Translations under genes and position numbers: made by a program
Part shown: positions 1 through 16,672 of the stretch, one piece after another
Position numbering within the stretch: the stretch's first letter is position 1
How the letters are laid out: each line of letters opens with the position of its first letter
Notes under the pieces: model-generated
What the model saw: only the letters and a program-made list of their open reading frames with translations
Databases searched by the model: none
Told to the model about the DNA's origin: nothing
Assembly (NCBI GenBank): GCA_009914755.4
Contig: CP068257.2
Location: forward strand, 35,136,001-35,200,000
Source of the DNA: the human T2T-CHM13v2.0 reference genome, Homo sapiens
Reading direction: 5' to 3'
DNA length: 64,000 bases

Positions 1-440
1 GATGCTTACAAACAGTGATAGCATACCTCTAACTCACCACTGGCCTGGGCGCAAGAGCATATTTTGGTTTGTTTTTTCATAGACTAGGGGTAAAGGTCTG
101 CACTACTAAGAAAATATCTGAATTTTCCCATTGTCATTTCCATGTAAAAACTCCCCTTGACAATAAACGTAAGTCCAAGCCACAGAGGGGAGAGCAATTT
201 CCCACCTGTGGGAGGGCTTTCCCTAAACTAAATTTTCTACTTCTTAACCATCTATCCCAGAGCCTCTTCAAACACCAAAGAAAACGACAACAAAACAAAC
301 CTAAAAACAAACAGAAACACAGAAAAAGAACAAAGACTTAACAAATGAATTGGAGGAAAAGAAAATTCACCTACAACTCTAAATTAGATTTCCAGATGCA
401 TGGGCACGGACAGGCAGCCGCGTCTCGGGGACGCCCGGCA
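1..440 (-). other. HLCS: HLCS 3' UTR, partial (continues past window start)
   Basis: Lies immediately downstream (minus strand) of the TAA stop at 441-443 in the terminal exon. No AATAAA is seen on the minus strand within 1-440, so the poly(A) site is presumably beyond the window. Confidence 0.7.
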
Positions 441-857
<417 letters not shown>

Positions 858-1251
858 TCACTCCTCCTAATTCTGGTCATCTGCGGTGATGGCTGGAACC
901 ACTTCCTCACCTCCCAGCGCTTTTAAGAAACACTGTGCAACTCTAGGTTTTTTGGCTGAGATTGGAGGAAAATAGGCCGAGTTGGCAAACAATGTTTTAT
1001 CTTATAAAACAAAGTTGGCTCATATCAGCCACAAGTGAAACTCATCCTGATCCTACTTCTTTTGAATATTTTCCAAATGTACTCAAGTCACGTCCTTCTT
1101 AACAGCTTTCGAAGTATAGAATTTTCTCAAGTTTTTATTTTGAAGAATTTTAAATCTAAAGAAAAGCTGAAAGAATAGTGCAACAAACCTCATATTCTCT
1201 TCCATTCTCACACCAAATGAAAATATTTTCTGTATTTGCTTTCTTTCTTCA

Positions 1252-1613
<362 letters not shown>

Positions 1614-2352
1614 AAAAAAGTTTTTTAAAAGCTGCAGGCATTGTGACACTTTCTGCTTAAATACTTTATCTCCTGAGAACAAGAACCTCCCATAAAATTA
1701 TAATAGCATTAACTATGACCACTCAAGAAAGTCTGGATACAAACGGTCCATGTTCACGTCATTCCCACTGTCCTTTTAATATCCTTTGTGGCTATTTCCC
1801 TCCATCCAGGATCACACACATTACATTTAGATGTCATGCCTCTTTCGTCTTCTCTAATCCCAAACAATTCTGCCACCTTCTTTTGGTCTAATTGTTTGTG
1901 CGCAGACCTGACATTTTTGCAGGGCACAGGCCTGTTGTTGTGGAATCAGTGAGCGGTCCTCGGACTTCAGCTGCATGAGAATCCCTGGAGTATCTGTTAT
2001 GACACAGGGTGCTGGGCCCAGCCCAGGGGTTTCTGATGCAGTAGCCCCTGGTTGAGGCTGAGGCTGCTTCCTGGGATCTCACTTTGAGAACCACTGTTAC
2101 CTGGAAGGTTTGACAATTTAGATGCGTCTATTGTTTCCTCACAATTAGAATCAGATTAAACCAATGTTAAACTCTCTCACTATTTCGGTTCTTCCCATCG
2201 CATCCCACCAGGAGGCATAAGATGCCCGTTTGCTCCATTACTTGTGATGCTAACTTGGTCAAGGTGGTGTCCCTGCAGTTTCTCTAACAGAGACACAGAA
2301 AATAATCATTCAGACCAGTGCTCGGTCCCTCATTTTAAGATACTGAACTACG

Positions 2353-2673
2353 GCCGGGCGCGGTGGCTCACACCTGTAATCCCAGCACTTTGGGAGGCCA
2401 AGGCGGGCAGATCACAAGGTCAGGAGATCGAGACCATCCTGGCTAACACAGTGAAACCCCACCTCCACTAAAAATACAAAAAATTAGCCGGGTGTGGCGG
2501 CGGGCACCTGTAGTCCCAGCTACTCAGGTGACTGAGACGAGAGACTGAGGCAGGAGAATGGCGTGAACCCGGGAGGCGGAGCTTGCAGTGAGCCAAGATC
2601 ATGCCACTGCACTCCAGCCTGGGCGACAGAGTGAGACTCCGTCTCAAAAAAAAAAAAAAAAAAAAAAAAAAAA
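2353..2673 (+). mobile_element. Alu SINE (AluY/Sx-like) with a 14-bp internal insertion or duplication in the right arm
   Basis: Starts GGCCGGGCGCGGTGGCTCA and ends in an A(28) tail. There is extra tgactgagacgaga in the CTCGGGAGGCTGAGG box. Confidence 0.92.
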
Positions 2674-2696
2674 GATACAGAACTACTAAGATACTA

Positions 2697-3062
<366 letters not shown>

Positions 3063-4287
3063 TCATTTCAGATTTCGTGTCTCTAACCACTTGAAGAGTG
3101 ACATGTATTTCTGTCCATCTTCCTTTTTGTCCTTCTTTTATTATTCTTGTTCAAGCTAAAACCATCTCAACCTTACTGCAAATAAAAAGGTGGGAAAAAA
3201 GAAAGCCACATTTGATTCAATTTAATTCAATAGAAGCTATTAAATATGGGACAAAACGTATCAGTGTTGCCTCTGAAATAAGTGGTCTACCAAGCATTGT
3301 AGCTCTGCACTGAGTCCAGGAGAGAATAAAATCTCTGGTTTCTTCTCCTGCTTGAATAACAGATCCCACGCTTGAAAATAGAGTTTTATTCAGGACTTGG
3401 GAAGTAAACTCTGGACTCAGAGATTTCAAACCTTGGTCATGGCATAACCCTAGAAATGCATCTTTTAATACTTTATTCTTGGAAGTCTTTGGTGCTAAGG
3501 TTACGCTGTTGGCAAGACGCCGACTCATGTTCAGTGGCTTTTTGCAGGGTCCTAAACCAAGGCTTCATGAGAGTTACCAGGGATGGTGTCTGAATAGGCT
3601 TATCTGTGCAGTTACTTAACACCACTATCCTCTCCAGGCAGAGGGCGGTGTCTTCAGAAAAGCTGGACTTCAGTGTTCAGCAGGGCCCTGAATCGGCCTG
3701 CGAGAGGTCTTCAGTAAGAAATGAAATACTGCAAAAACTAAGCAGTAAGAAAACTACCATGTTTTCAGTGACTTTAAGAAAAAAAATCCCCAAAACATTC
3801 GCCACAGGCAGAACAATGCCATTTGTAACAACAGCCTTCCCGGCAAGTGTCCTGCCGTTTCCAGTGTGAAGGGAAGGATTGACTGGTCTCAGATTTTAAA
3901 ACAATATACTGGCTATTAAAATACAAAGCAATTGTCAATTACCTCTGGAAAAAAGACAAGTAACTACAGCAACAGGGGCAGGACTTGCAGTTGCTCACGT
4001 ATTCATTCATTCAATACATACAGGATCTGAAGCACCTACTGAACGTTCGTAAGGCATTAAATCAAGTGCTGTACAGCACTGAAAATTCTCCCGTGTTCAG
4101 AAAACTGGAATTCCTAGGAGGAGTAGCAACACTCACTACTGGCCACTTAGGCTATGTCCTTCTAAGGACCGGTGAGCACCCTGCTGGCTGCTCTGAATCC
4201 CCAAAGTCAGAGACCCCATCCTATGGCCTTCAGAATTCAATAAAAGCTATGGGTTCTCACCATAGGAAAATGTTTCATTCCCCTACT

Positions 4288-4603
4288 TTATTTTTTATTT
4301 TTATTTATTTATTTTTTGGAGACGGGGTCTCACTCCAGTTGCCCAGACTGGAGTGCAGTGGAGCCCTCATAGCGCACTGCAGCCTCAACCTCCTGAGCTC
4401 AGGTGATTTTCCCATCTCAGCCTCCTGAGTAGCTAGGACTACAGGCAGGCACCACCACGCCCAGCTAATTTTTTGTATTTTTAGTGGAGACAGGGTTTCG
4501 CCATGTCACTCAGGCTGGTCTCGATCTCCTGGACTCAAGCAATCCACCCACCTCAGGCTCCTGAAGTGCTGGGATTACAGGCATTGAGCCACCACACCTG
4601 GCC
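4288..4603 (-). mobile_element. Alu SINE (reverse orientation)
   Basis: Reads poly-T then GAGACGGGGTCTCACTC ... GGATTACAGGCATTGAGCCACCACACCTGGCC. Confidence 0.9.
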
Positions 4604-4771
4604 TATTTTTTATGTTTTATTTTTGAAACAGGGTCTCACTCTGTCATCCAGAATGGAGTGGAGTGGCTCGATCAAAGCTCACTGTAGCCTTGAACTCCTG
4701 GGCTCAAGTGATCTACCTGCCTCAGTCTCGCAAGTAGCTGGGATTATGAGCTCAAGCCACTACGCCTGGCC
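4604..4771 (-). mobile_element. Truncated Alu (monomer-length, FRAM/FLAM-like) abutting the previous Alu
   Basis: Reads T-rich then GAGACAGGGTCTCACTCTGTCATCCAG ... GAGCTCAAGCCACTACGCCTGGCC. The middle of the dimer is missing. Confidence 0.7.
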
Positions 4772-4895
4772 TTCGCTTACCCCACGCTGATAACATTTGT
4801 TAGCTCCCTGAAGCCATCCATGAGCCTGCTTGTGGCCCCTACCTAGGAATCTCTGCATCAACTGCAATTACTCACTTAAAGATAGGAAATGGGGG

Positions 4896-5191
4896 AGACT
4901 GGGCAAGTGGCTCACGTCTGTAATGCCAGCACTCTGGGAGGCCGAGGCGGGCGGATCATGAGTTCAGGAGTTTGATACCAGCCTGGCCAACATAGTGAAA
5001 CCCTGTGTCTACTAAAAATACAAAAAAATTAGCTGGGTGTGGTGGCGGGCACCTGTTCTCCCAGCTACTTGGGAGGCTGAGGCAAGGAGAATCACTTGAA
5101 CCTGGGAGGCGGAGGCTGCAGTGAGCCGAGATTGCACCACTGCATTCCAGCCCGGGCAACAGTGCTGGACTCCATTTCAAAAAAAAAAAAA
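4896..5191 (+). mobile_element. Alu SINE flanked by a 15-bp target-site duplication (aaagataggaaatgg)
   Basis: Full Alu consensus. Identical aaagataggaaatgg occurs at 4880-4894 and 5190-5204. Confidence 0.92.
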
Positions 5192-5889
5192 GATAGGAAA
5201 TGGAGCTTTAAGGGTATGAAGTAGCTTGCCTAGAATAATATTGCCCCTTGGTGGCAGAGCTGGTAACACAGGCCTTGTATTCCCTGGCTGGCACTTGAAA
5301 CACATGGTTACATGTTTTTTGACCATTGCTGGTTTCTGAACACAGATTAGGTTCTACTGCCACAGAGTGAGGCTGATGACTGGACGGCCAGGAACCTAAG
5401 GACTTCTGAGATTGCCTCTGAATCCATCTTCTTGCCTGATTTGGATGTGCTAAGGTGAAACAGGGATTCTTTACCCCGCCTTGACCAGCATGGAGCTTCT
5501 TCTGAAGGTTAAAATGATGCCAGCTCTTTCATGGCCCAGGAAGGTCACGATAAGAATGCAAGACACCAGGAGAACTATTTAGGAAATTAACTTTTCTTTT
5601 TCTTATTACAGAATAGAACGTTAAATGTTTATTTTCACCATTTCAAATTCAATGAGTAGCAGGAGTGTGGAAGGATGTAGGAACATACCTGTTTGATGTG
5701 ATACCACTTTGGTGGTTCCCGTGGTCACACACAGAAAATGCCAAACCCTGTGAAGTGCTTTCGACCAATCTCTCTGCATCTATACCCTGCTCCAAAACTA
5801 CAAGACTCAAAGTAACCTCATATGATAATCTGCTCCTGCCAATGTAGGCATGCATAAACCGTCTTTATTTTTATTGTTTTATTAATCTA

Positions 5890-6036
<147 letters not shown>

Positions 6037-6523
6037 CTAAAGGGAAATCTGCACATTAATTAAGCCGTCACAGGACACAAGGGGCCCAGGCAAGTCACTG
6101 AGCTAAGGGAAGATAAGCAGAAACCAAGGTAACATGGGCCTCGTCCTCTCCTCTTTTTCAGGCAGCTAATCACTTCTTTGGGACAATCCGATATTGAAGT
6201 GCCTCTTGGGGCCAGGAGGTAAAAGCCCTGAAGAACACAGTTGACATAAACCCCAGCATTCTTCCCCATCCCCCAGCACTGTTTCTCATCATCCAAAACC
6301 CTTTCTGAAGATGCTTACCTTGTAAATGAAGTTCATTATGTCAGTATCCACCACCACCACCACCATGGAGTAGCTAACTAACGTGCTAGGGCCAGAGGGT
6401 GGGGAGAGAATAGTAATCTCAGGGGGCGTCTCCCTTCAGGAACCCATGCTTGAGAGACAAAGATGGCCCTGAATTAACCAAGGTCACAAAAGGCAGGTAG
6501 AAATGTCTTGAGTAGCAGGCAGT

Positions 6524-6876
<353 letters not shown>

Positions 6877-9140
6877 CTAATGGTCATCTTGGGTAATGGA
6901 ACTGGACTTGTCATGTGGCCTATTGCCTCTGCGTCTTGAATGGTGTGGCCTGGGGGTGGGGGGGCTCTCCCTGTCATCAGCTTACAGAATGGACCAACAC
7001 TGGACAGTGTCTCGAACAAGGCCACCCAGGCCTCTGCCTATCCACTGTGACTCTGAAGTTGGGACACAGAGACGGGGCTAGCCGAGTGGGTGTCAGAACC
7101 ACCAGGTCTTTTAGACCTCGGGCTGGCAGCCAGGCTGTGCCATGTGTGGGTAAAGGAAGCCTGTCTGGAGATGCAAGGCTGGAAGAGAACATTCAGCAAA
7201 ATAAAGCTAAGGGAGCAGAGAGTAGCTGATGGCCTCCAAGGGCCACGGGGCTGGTCTTCCCACGTTGCAGGCCGGGCATGGCACCAAGCACCTTCTCAGC
7301 ATTAGTCTACGTGTTACTCACACCCAGCCTATGTGTTGGTGCTAGCGCATCCCCAGGGAACAGAGGGAGAAACGGAAGCTTAGAGAAATTATGTGGCTTG
7401 CCTGAGGTTATAGCACTTGAAAGCCACGGAGCTAAAATTCAAACCTTTCTGCCACCAGGCCTGGGTGAGGAATCCTATGCTACGCGGCCTGTTGCTTCCA
7501 TGAAATCCCTTCCTCCTTCCAACAGGCCTTCTTTTGACTTCGGCCCGTTAGAGCATATTGGAAGCTCATCTGCCCTAAAACAGTAGTTTAGGCTGAGAGA
7601 AAAAATACAGGAATAGGAGCACAGGAGAACAAAAAGTCTAAGTAAACCAAGCATGGGGGGTGCGCAATGACCCAGAACTGATCAACAGCTTCACGTTTCT
7701 TTTCTCTCTAGAACGGGGGTTCTCAGTGGGAGAGGGGTGGATTTGGCGATACTGGGAGACTTCCCTGGTTGTCACAGCCTGAGGGAGTGCTACCGGCGTC
7801 TAGAGAGTAGAGGCCGCAATGCTGACACACATCCTTTAAGGCACAGGACATCCCCACGACAAACATGCCAGGGCCCACATATCAATAGCACTGGGCTGAG
7901 AAAGTCTCCTCTAGGAAACCTGTGTCTAGGAGGCTCTGCTCTTCATCACTGCCCCCAGTTCCCTTTCCTTCCCCTCTCTCGCCTTCCCACATCCCCCTGT
8001 GCCCACCACATGGCCAGGGGAATGAGCCCCTGCCTCGCCGGCGGGAGGACACCTGCAGAGTTCCCAGAGCTGTCAAGCTCCTCCGCCACGTGCGTGGCAG
8101 CTGGTGCCTGGGCGGGCCCTGCACTTGGGCTCCAGCTCGCCTTCATGGCTTCAGATCTCATCGGCTCATGAAGCAGCTCATGAAACTCTGGGTTCTCACG
8201 CAGGTAAACAGGACCAGCATTTCCACATGAAGAGGAGGACTGTGTGCTCATTTTTCATTTTCTCAATCATTTATTCCAACAGCTGCTGTGATCCTCCCAC
8301 ATAAAAAAAGACCAAAATGAAACAAATCCTGCTTTTGAAGAGCTGCTAACATCATGGGAGACGGAACAGGTGCACACATCACTCCTCTTCAAAGCCACAC
8401 GTGGTGGATACCCTAAAAGAGGCTTCAACATGGCAAGTGCTGGACAGTGCTGGAGGAAAGAGCTGGAAGTAGCTGGAGGGTCTGAGAATGGCACTGGAGC
8501 TGGGCCTTAAGGATGAACAGAATTTTAAGAAGCAGAGAAGAGAGCAGGGGTAGGGGTGTGTGGGTGGAGGGAGGGTGCGGGGCCCAGGGGGACTTCATGG
8601 ACAGAAGAAAGAGCAGGAGTGAGAATGGGCGGCCCAAGGCGAGTTCCGGAAGGAATGCCTGCATCCCAGCGAGGCCGCCTTGGGTCTGGGGAGGGTGGTC
8701 ATGATTTGTGTGCTGACGGTGACATCTGGTTAGGGACCACTTGGGGTCCTAGTGAAGGCCACACAAAAAGTGAAATCCAAACAACAGGGGCCTATTTCAA
8801 TCAAAGTAGCTGCACTGTGTCAGCTAACTTGACTATGTTAAAAAAGAAACCCAATTCAAAATCAAATGTCCCATCACACAGGTGAGGCTGGGTAGCTGAC
8901 TGCAGAAGAGGGAAAGAACATTGGTACAAGCTTCTTAAGGAGAACGGGAACACAAATTCCCCCGACCCCGTTCACCGCTGAAGGCAAGCTTCCCACTTCC
9001 ATCCTGGCCTCCAGCGCCTGGCGCACGCAGCCTCTGAGCACAGCAGGCCCTCAAAGAATGCTCGCTAAGGGAACTAGTGGGGCTCCAAGGTCAAAGTCAG
9101 AGCCATGAAAAAGCTAAACAGACCAAACAGACTCATTTAA

Positions 9141-9532
<392 letters not shown>

Positions 9533-10310
9533 TAGACAGAATGCACAGCTCAGGTGCTCAAGGCCGGGCACCTGAAGCCCTGTAATGGTGTGATGCCCCC
9601 AAACCATCAGATATGCAAGGATGCTGGGTGCCTGGTAGTAAGCGTCCGTTTCAGCGATGTGATGTAATACAGGAAACAGAGATGTCAGCATTAACTACAT
9701 CTGTGGAATACCAAAAATTCATACACAGCAAATACATCACAGAGGGATTTAAGGGGCAGTGAGAAGGACCTTTTCTTCAATGAAATGATGACAGGACCTC
9801 CAAGTCTCCTTTGAGAGTCACGCTCTTAACATCTTGCTTCAGGAATCAATCCAATCATTTCTCTTTAGCCTGACATAGGAGCTGCTGGGGGAGGGAGGCA
9901 GGAATCTCCTATTTATACCCATATGAAATTCTTCCAGGAACATTTGGGAGGGGGCTATGGGAAGTGAAGCCCAAGTAGGGAAGAAAATGCTTCGGTCACT
10001 GAGCTAATTGTTCCCTGTTGCTTGTCTTTTTAATAACTGACAACAAAACATCCAACAGTAATAAGGAAGCAGGCACACGGGTCCTAATAGCTGGGGGAAG
10101 ATGGCCCCAAGTGGATCTGCACATTGTATGTGGTCAACAGTGGATAAAGGATAGCTCTGCTAGAGCACAGAGTCTGGTAAACAGAAGTAGGAAATGAGAA
10201 AGGTTTTTAGGTCCCCAAATAACCCTTTTCAACAGAAAATGCAGATGAACAACTTCAATCCAGTCCAACAATCAAATCTCATCCAGTGCTTCAAACAAAA
10301 AACAAACATG

Positions 10311-10938
<628 letters not shown>

Positions 10939-11140
10939 CTAAAGCGTTGCCCTCATCAGGCTGTTTGAGAAATCTGAAAAACTGGGTAGAAAGGGAGTTC
11001 TGGGGAATGAATGCATTCAGGCAAGCCTGAAGCAGCATTAGCACCTGGTGGTGCTCTGAAAACTCCGAGAGCACTTTGCTGCCAGCTGTGCAAAGGGTAG
11101 GCTGAGGTTCTACAGCCACCAATTATGCAAGCACATGCTA

Positions 11141-11464
<324 letters not shown>

Positions 11465-11835
11465 TTATTACAATGCTTATTGTATTACAATGCTTATTAT
11501 ATTCTGGGCTTAATAAAAGAAAAGCTTTTTAAAATCTGAAGCTCTGTTGCTGAAAAAGTTTCCAATAATTAGCATAATGTTCTGCTTCTGTGAGCATATC
11601 ATTTGTGCCTTGATGACTCAGAGTCTTACAGCGTCTGAACATGACTATATGACTATAGGTTTAATTCCCAGCATATGGTCATGAAGGCAAACACAGACAT
11701 TGGGAAACTGAACTGAATCTATACTGATCCATGAGAGGTCCTGGAAGCCACTGTTTAGAAGCAATTCCTATTGTGGCGATGGTTGCTCAGCCCAGCAAAT
11801 ATGCCATTAAATAAGAGCCACAGAACTGTGTACTT

Positions 11836-12517
<682 letters not shown>

Positions 12518-13413
12518 TACTTTTCTTAAAATTGAAGTTAGAAAAATAGAAGAATCCAAATGAGAGGTAGAGTTCATCAAAGTTCTTCTTGAATGTCTTT
12601 TTCAAAAAACAAAAAAAAAAATCCACATATTGAGATCCATAGCTTTTGACAAAAACATTTTTTTTTTCCATTTGAATTATATTTGAAAGACATGGTTCAG
12701 GAGAAAGAAGTGGAGAACAGCAGATTTCTTATTTCTTTGGTTCTTATGAAAAAGTCATAAGAGGCTGTGAGAGTGAGAAGCACATGTGGGTGAGCCTGGC
12801 ACTGGCTGGAGCAGGGAGGGGCCAAGCCCCGTGGAGCAGCCCCTGTACAGGGTCAGACCCCAGATGGGTCTGGGAGGATGTGGGCTCTCGTCTCCGGGAT
12901 CTGCAGGTGGTGGAGCCCTGGGCAGCGCTCTGCTTCTCTGTGGTCACTGTGTGAATGGGCACTGATGCAGAGCCCACCATGTACATGCAAGCCCAGCCCA
13001 GGGCCAGCTGGGGTGAGAACTGGCATGCAAAAGGCCTCCCACATGACGCTCAGTACAGACACAGAAGGCTCCTTATGGAGAACCTTCAGGAAAATAAACG
13101 TCTCTAGAGCACAGTGACGATCCCCAAATTGGAAAGCCCGGAATTCATGTAGGTCACATTTGCCATCACAGGCAAATGTCCAGTGATTCATAAGCATTAT
13201 GATTTGACAGAATGCTTTAGTTCTACTAAGGGTGAACCTTCTGATCACTGCTTCCCTCTTCCTCTTCCTCCATTCCAGGCGGTTATGAAAACAGAAACTA
13301 CTAACTTGAGTCCCCCAGATGATCAGCACACACATTCAATGGGCTCCTGGGCCACAAGAGTTGCAGAGTTTAGAAAACAGAAGTAACAGCAATGATCACA
13401 AAAGATGACTGAC

Positions 13414-13481
13414 CTTTGCCCTCGGTCTGCCGGGCCGCGATCACTATTAAGCCCATTTCCTGCGGTGTCTGAAACATCAGC
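13414..13481 (-). CDS. HLCS: HLCS internal coding exon (68 bp, codons about 484-507): (G)[22 protein letters not shown](G)
   Basis: Minus-strand acceptor cctcttcggcag|GCTGATG and donor GGCAAAG|gtcagt. The reading frame joins precisely to the 11207-11367 exon (G|GA = Gly507). Confidence 0.88.
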
Positions 13482-16338
13482 CTGCCGAAGAGGGGGAAAG
13501 ACCGGTTAGGCCAGACATGGACACGCACGCGGCACCAATGGCTCACACAGGAGGGACAGGGTTTGCATGCATCTGGGGGTGTGTGGCCATGGAAGGGCCA
13601 ACTTTGGTTCCACTGGCCTTCAGGAATGTGGAGCCATGAGGGATATCACCCTCCTTTCTAACCTGGGTCGTGAGAATGAAAGAGATGAAGAAAGCACCTT
13701 TTAACATCAAAAAAAGAGCATGCGAGGGGGCGTGTGTACCTGCCTGAGCCGTTACTCCATTTATTAAAGACTAACCTAGATTCTATTTCATCAGAATATC
13801 CTGCCAAGTTCTTTCTCCCCCCACCCCCAATGTATGTACCTTCTTCAAGTGACAACTAGCAATTCCTGACATTTGTTCCTACTTAGGGTGCACTTCTGTT
13901 CGAACACTAGAACACAATCATAACAGAAGTTTCTGATTATTCAGAAAACCAATATGGTGGCAATAAAGCCGTTTAAAAGACACACTATCCCCTGAGAACT
14001 AATTATGATTTAACTATGGTAAATAAATCCACACCTTCTGAGGACGCAGGAGAACTCTGCATCGTTTTCGGCTTCAGTCCTGCTTTTAAAATGGTTTCAT
14101 TGAAAAGAATACAAACTTTCCTTTGGGGGATAGGTAGAAAAGGGCATTACATCCCCACCAAATGAGTCGATATTAACTTTTTTTCAAAAAAAGGAAAGAA
14201 AAAAAAATCACACAAAAACTCCCACTCTGAGAATTTCCTGCAAGCTGCGCTCTCCCTATTTTAACCCCGTGGTAGGACAGTTCCTCTCTACGTGCCCAGG
14301 AATTGCCGATCAGGTGCTGCGCAGTCGCGGTTCGAGGTAGGATTCATCAACAGAGCAAAGATCAGGTTTGGCCACTTTGTCAGTGCAGATGAGGGGGCCT
14401 CTTTGATTTTTTTCTTTTCTTTTCTTTCTTGGAAGGAGGGGAGCAGCCAGGACAGGGATGCGGAAGGGATGGCATTTTGTAATAACATAAAGTTTCTAAT
14501 AATAAGTCTCCAGGCTTCCACAGTGGTCCTGCTGAGGACAAAGGAGCGCTAGAGAAAGACCACGCTGAGAAGCTTATCATCCTCCCCTCCCAGCTACAGA
14601 AACTGGGTGGAACTTTACAAATGGCTGGAACTCGGTAAGAGAAGAAAAATACTTAAAAGCAGAGAGAAACAACACTGTGTCCACTGTGCACCCATGGCTC
14701 ACAGAGCTCCGTCTGACGGCGCATGCAGGCCTCAGTTGGGACAGAAGGAGCCCAGAAGACCCTTCACGTGTTAAAAAGACCTCAGGACACACAGGGCAGG
14801 GGCTCAGCTGCTGAGATAGCTGTCTTCCCACACGGCTGCTGGAACAGGCACAGGACGCTTTCGGCGAGCAGGCTGGCCTCGCCGCCCATGTGCCAGGCCC
14901 ACTCCATCTCACATGAAATACAGCTCAGAAGTATTTCTCTTGGACGCCATGAATAACTCATTGAGATCGAGTGTGCTGTATGCCACTGGGTCCAAGAAGA
15001 AAGCGTCCTTTTCTTGTGTTGGACCAGCAGAAAATCTAAGAAGGAGTCTTTGTCTGTGCAGGGAGTTAACATTGTCTTTCAGGCACCTCTGTTTTCTAGA
15101 GGGTCCAGCAACCCTCCACCTGGCTTCCTAAGGCCCAGGGCTCTCGAGGTGATGGGGCAGGGGCCGAGGGGATGATTTAGCGTGTTGTGAGCAGATCGCA
15201 AAAGCAATCTAGGATGTTCTGTAAATAAACATGTAGACGGTAGACAGTCATGGGCTATAGCCAGGGACAGTGATGGGAGGGGCAGGAAAAAGGTTGGTTC
15301 AGAAACCAAACACAGACTTCTAGAACAAAGAGAAATGATTAAGGGAACATATGCACTAAACTGCTAGAGGTTTGGCAGCAGTTAACAGGGCATATTAATG
15401 AGAAGAGGGAGTCTGTGCTGAAGGCCAAGAGGAAATTCTGCAAGGAGGGAGACAACCAGGGAAGGAGCTAATGCTCAGTTTGAGACAACTGGAGGCCGCC
15501 AGATTTATTTGTGCTATCTGAGATAACTCTGGGGCCAAACCGCATGGCTCACAGTCAACAAAGCAGCATTTATAAACCTTGTCAATTCTGCATTTCTGAA
15601 AATGAAGCTGCTTGAGTTTGCTTTAGCAGAAAGGAGAAACCATAAATGCATTTCCATCCTTAGCGGATGATGTCCTTACAAAAAGAAAAAGGAAAAACAA
15701 AAAGGAGGGGGGTTCCATAATGATTACCTCCCTGCTTCTGTATATTTTCCTTCCTTGCTGGCAAAGGTTGTGGAATAAAAGCTTTCTGTGAGTGGCAGCC
15801 GAGTGCATTCACTGTGGAACCAAAGCGGCACTCAGGAAAAGCGCTCTGTTTTGTACTCTTGTGTTGAGTCTGAAACATTTGGAGCCTCCTAAGGGTCACT
15901 CTGCAAATGAGACAGCCTCCTGACCACTTTGGTTACTAAGGACAGCCCAGTAGCCACGGAGGCTCTGCCAATGGAACTGTCCTGATTGTCACATGGTCCT
16001 TTAAGATTAAGCTTTAATGATTGGGAATAACCTAAGACAGGCCAGCATGAATTAATGAAAAATCCGAATGAACAAAAACGTAAATTCAGACCAAGTCCAT
16101 CCACTTCGGGGATCTGAACCTAAGAAAATAGTCCACATTCACAACAGTGTTATAAAGGTAAAAATATGGAAACAACCTCACTGTTAATAAACAAATGGTT
16201 AAATAAATTCTGATAAATTAAGTCAATGGAATAATTTGTAATCAAATCATTATAGTTCTGAAGACTATATAGCAACGTGGAAGAAAGGCTTGCATTGGTA
16301 TGTCAAATTAAAAAGCAGCATACAAAACTATAGATGCT

Positions 16339-16672
<334 letters not shown>

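Noticed and set aside
2353-2673. Possible functional significance of the 14-bp insertion inside the Alu at 2353-2673
   Set aside because: A small internal duplication or slippage in a SINE within an intron. No reason to think it is functional.
12853-13335. 160-aa minus-strand ORF just downstream (plus coordinates) of the 68-bp HLCS exon
   Set aside because: It is not in frame with or spliced to the flanking exons, has no biotin-ligase similarity, and runs through an intron. Judged spurious.
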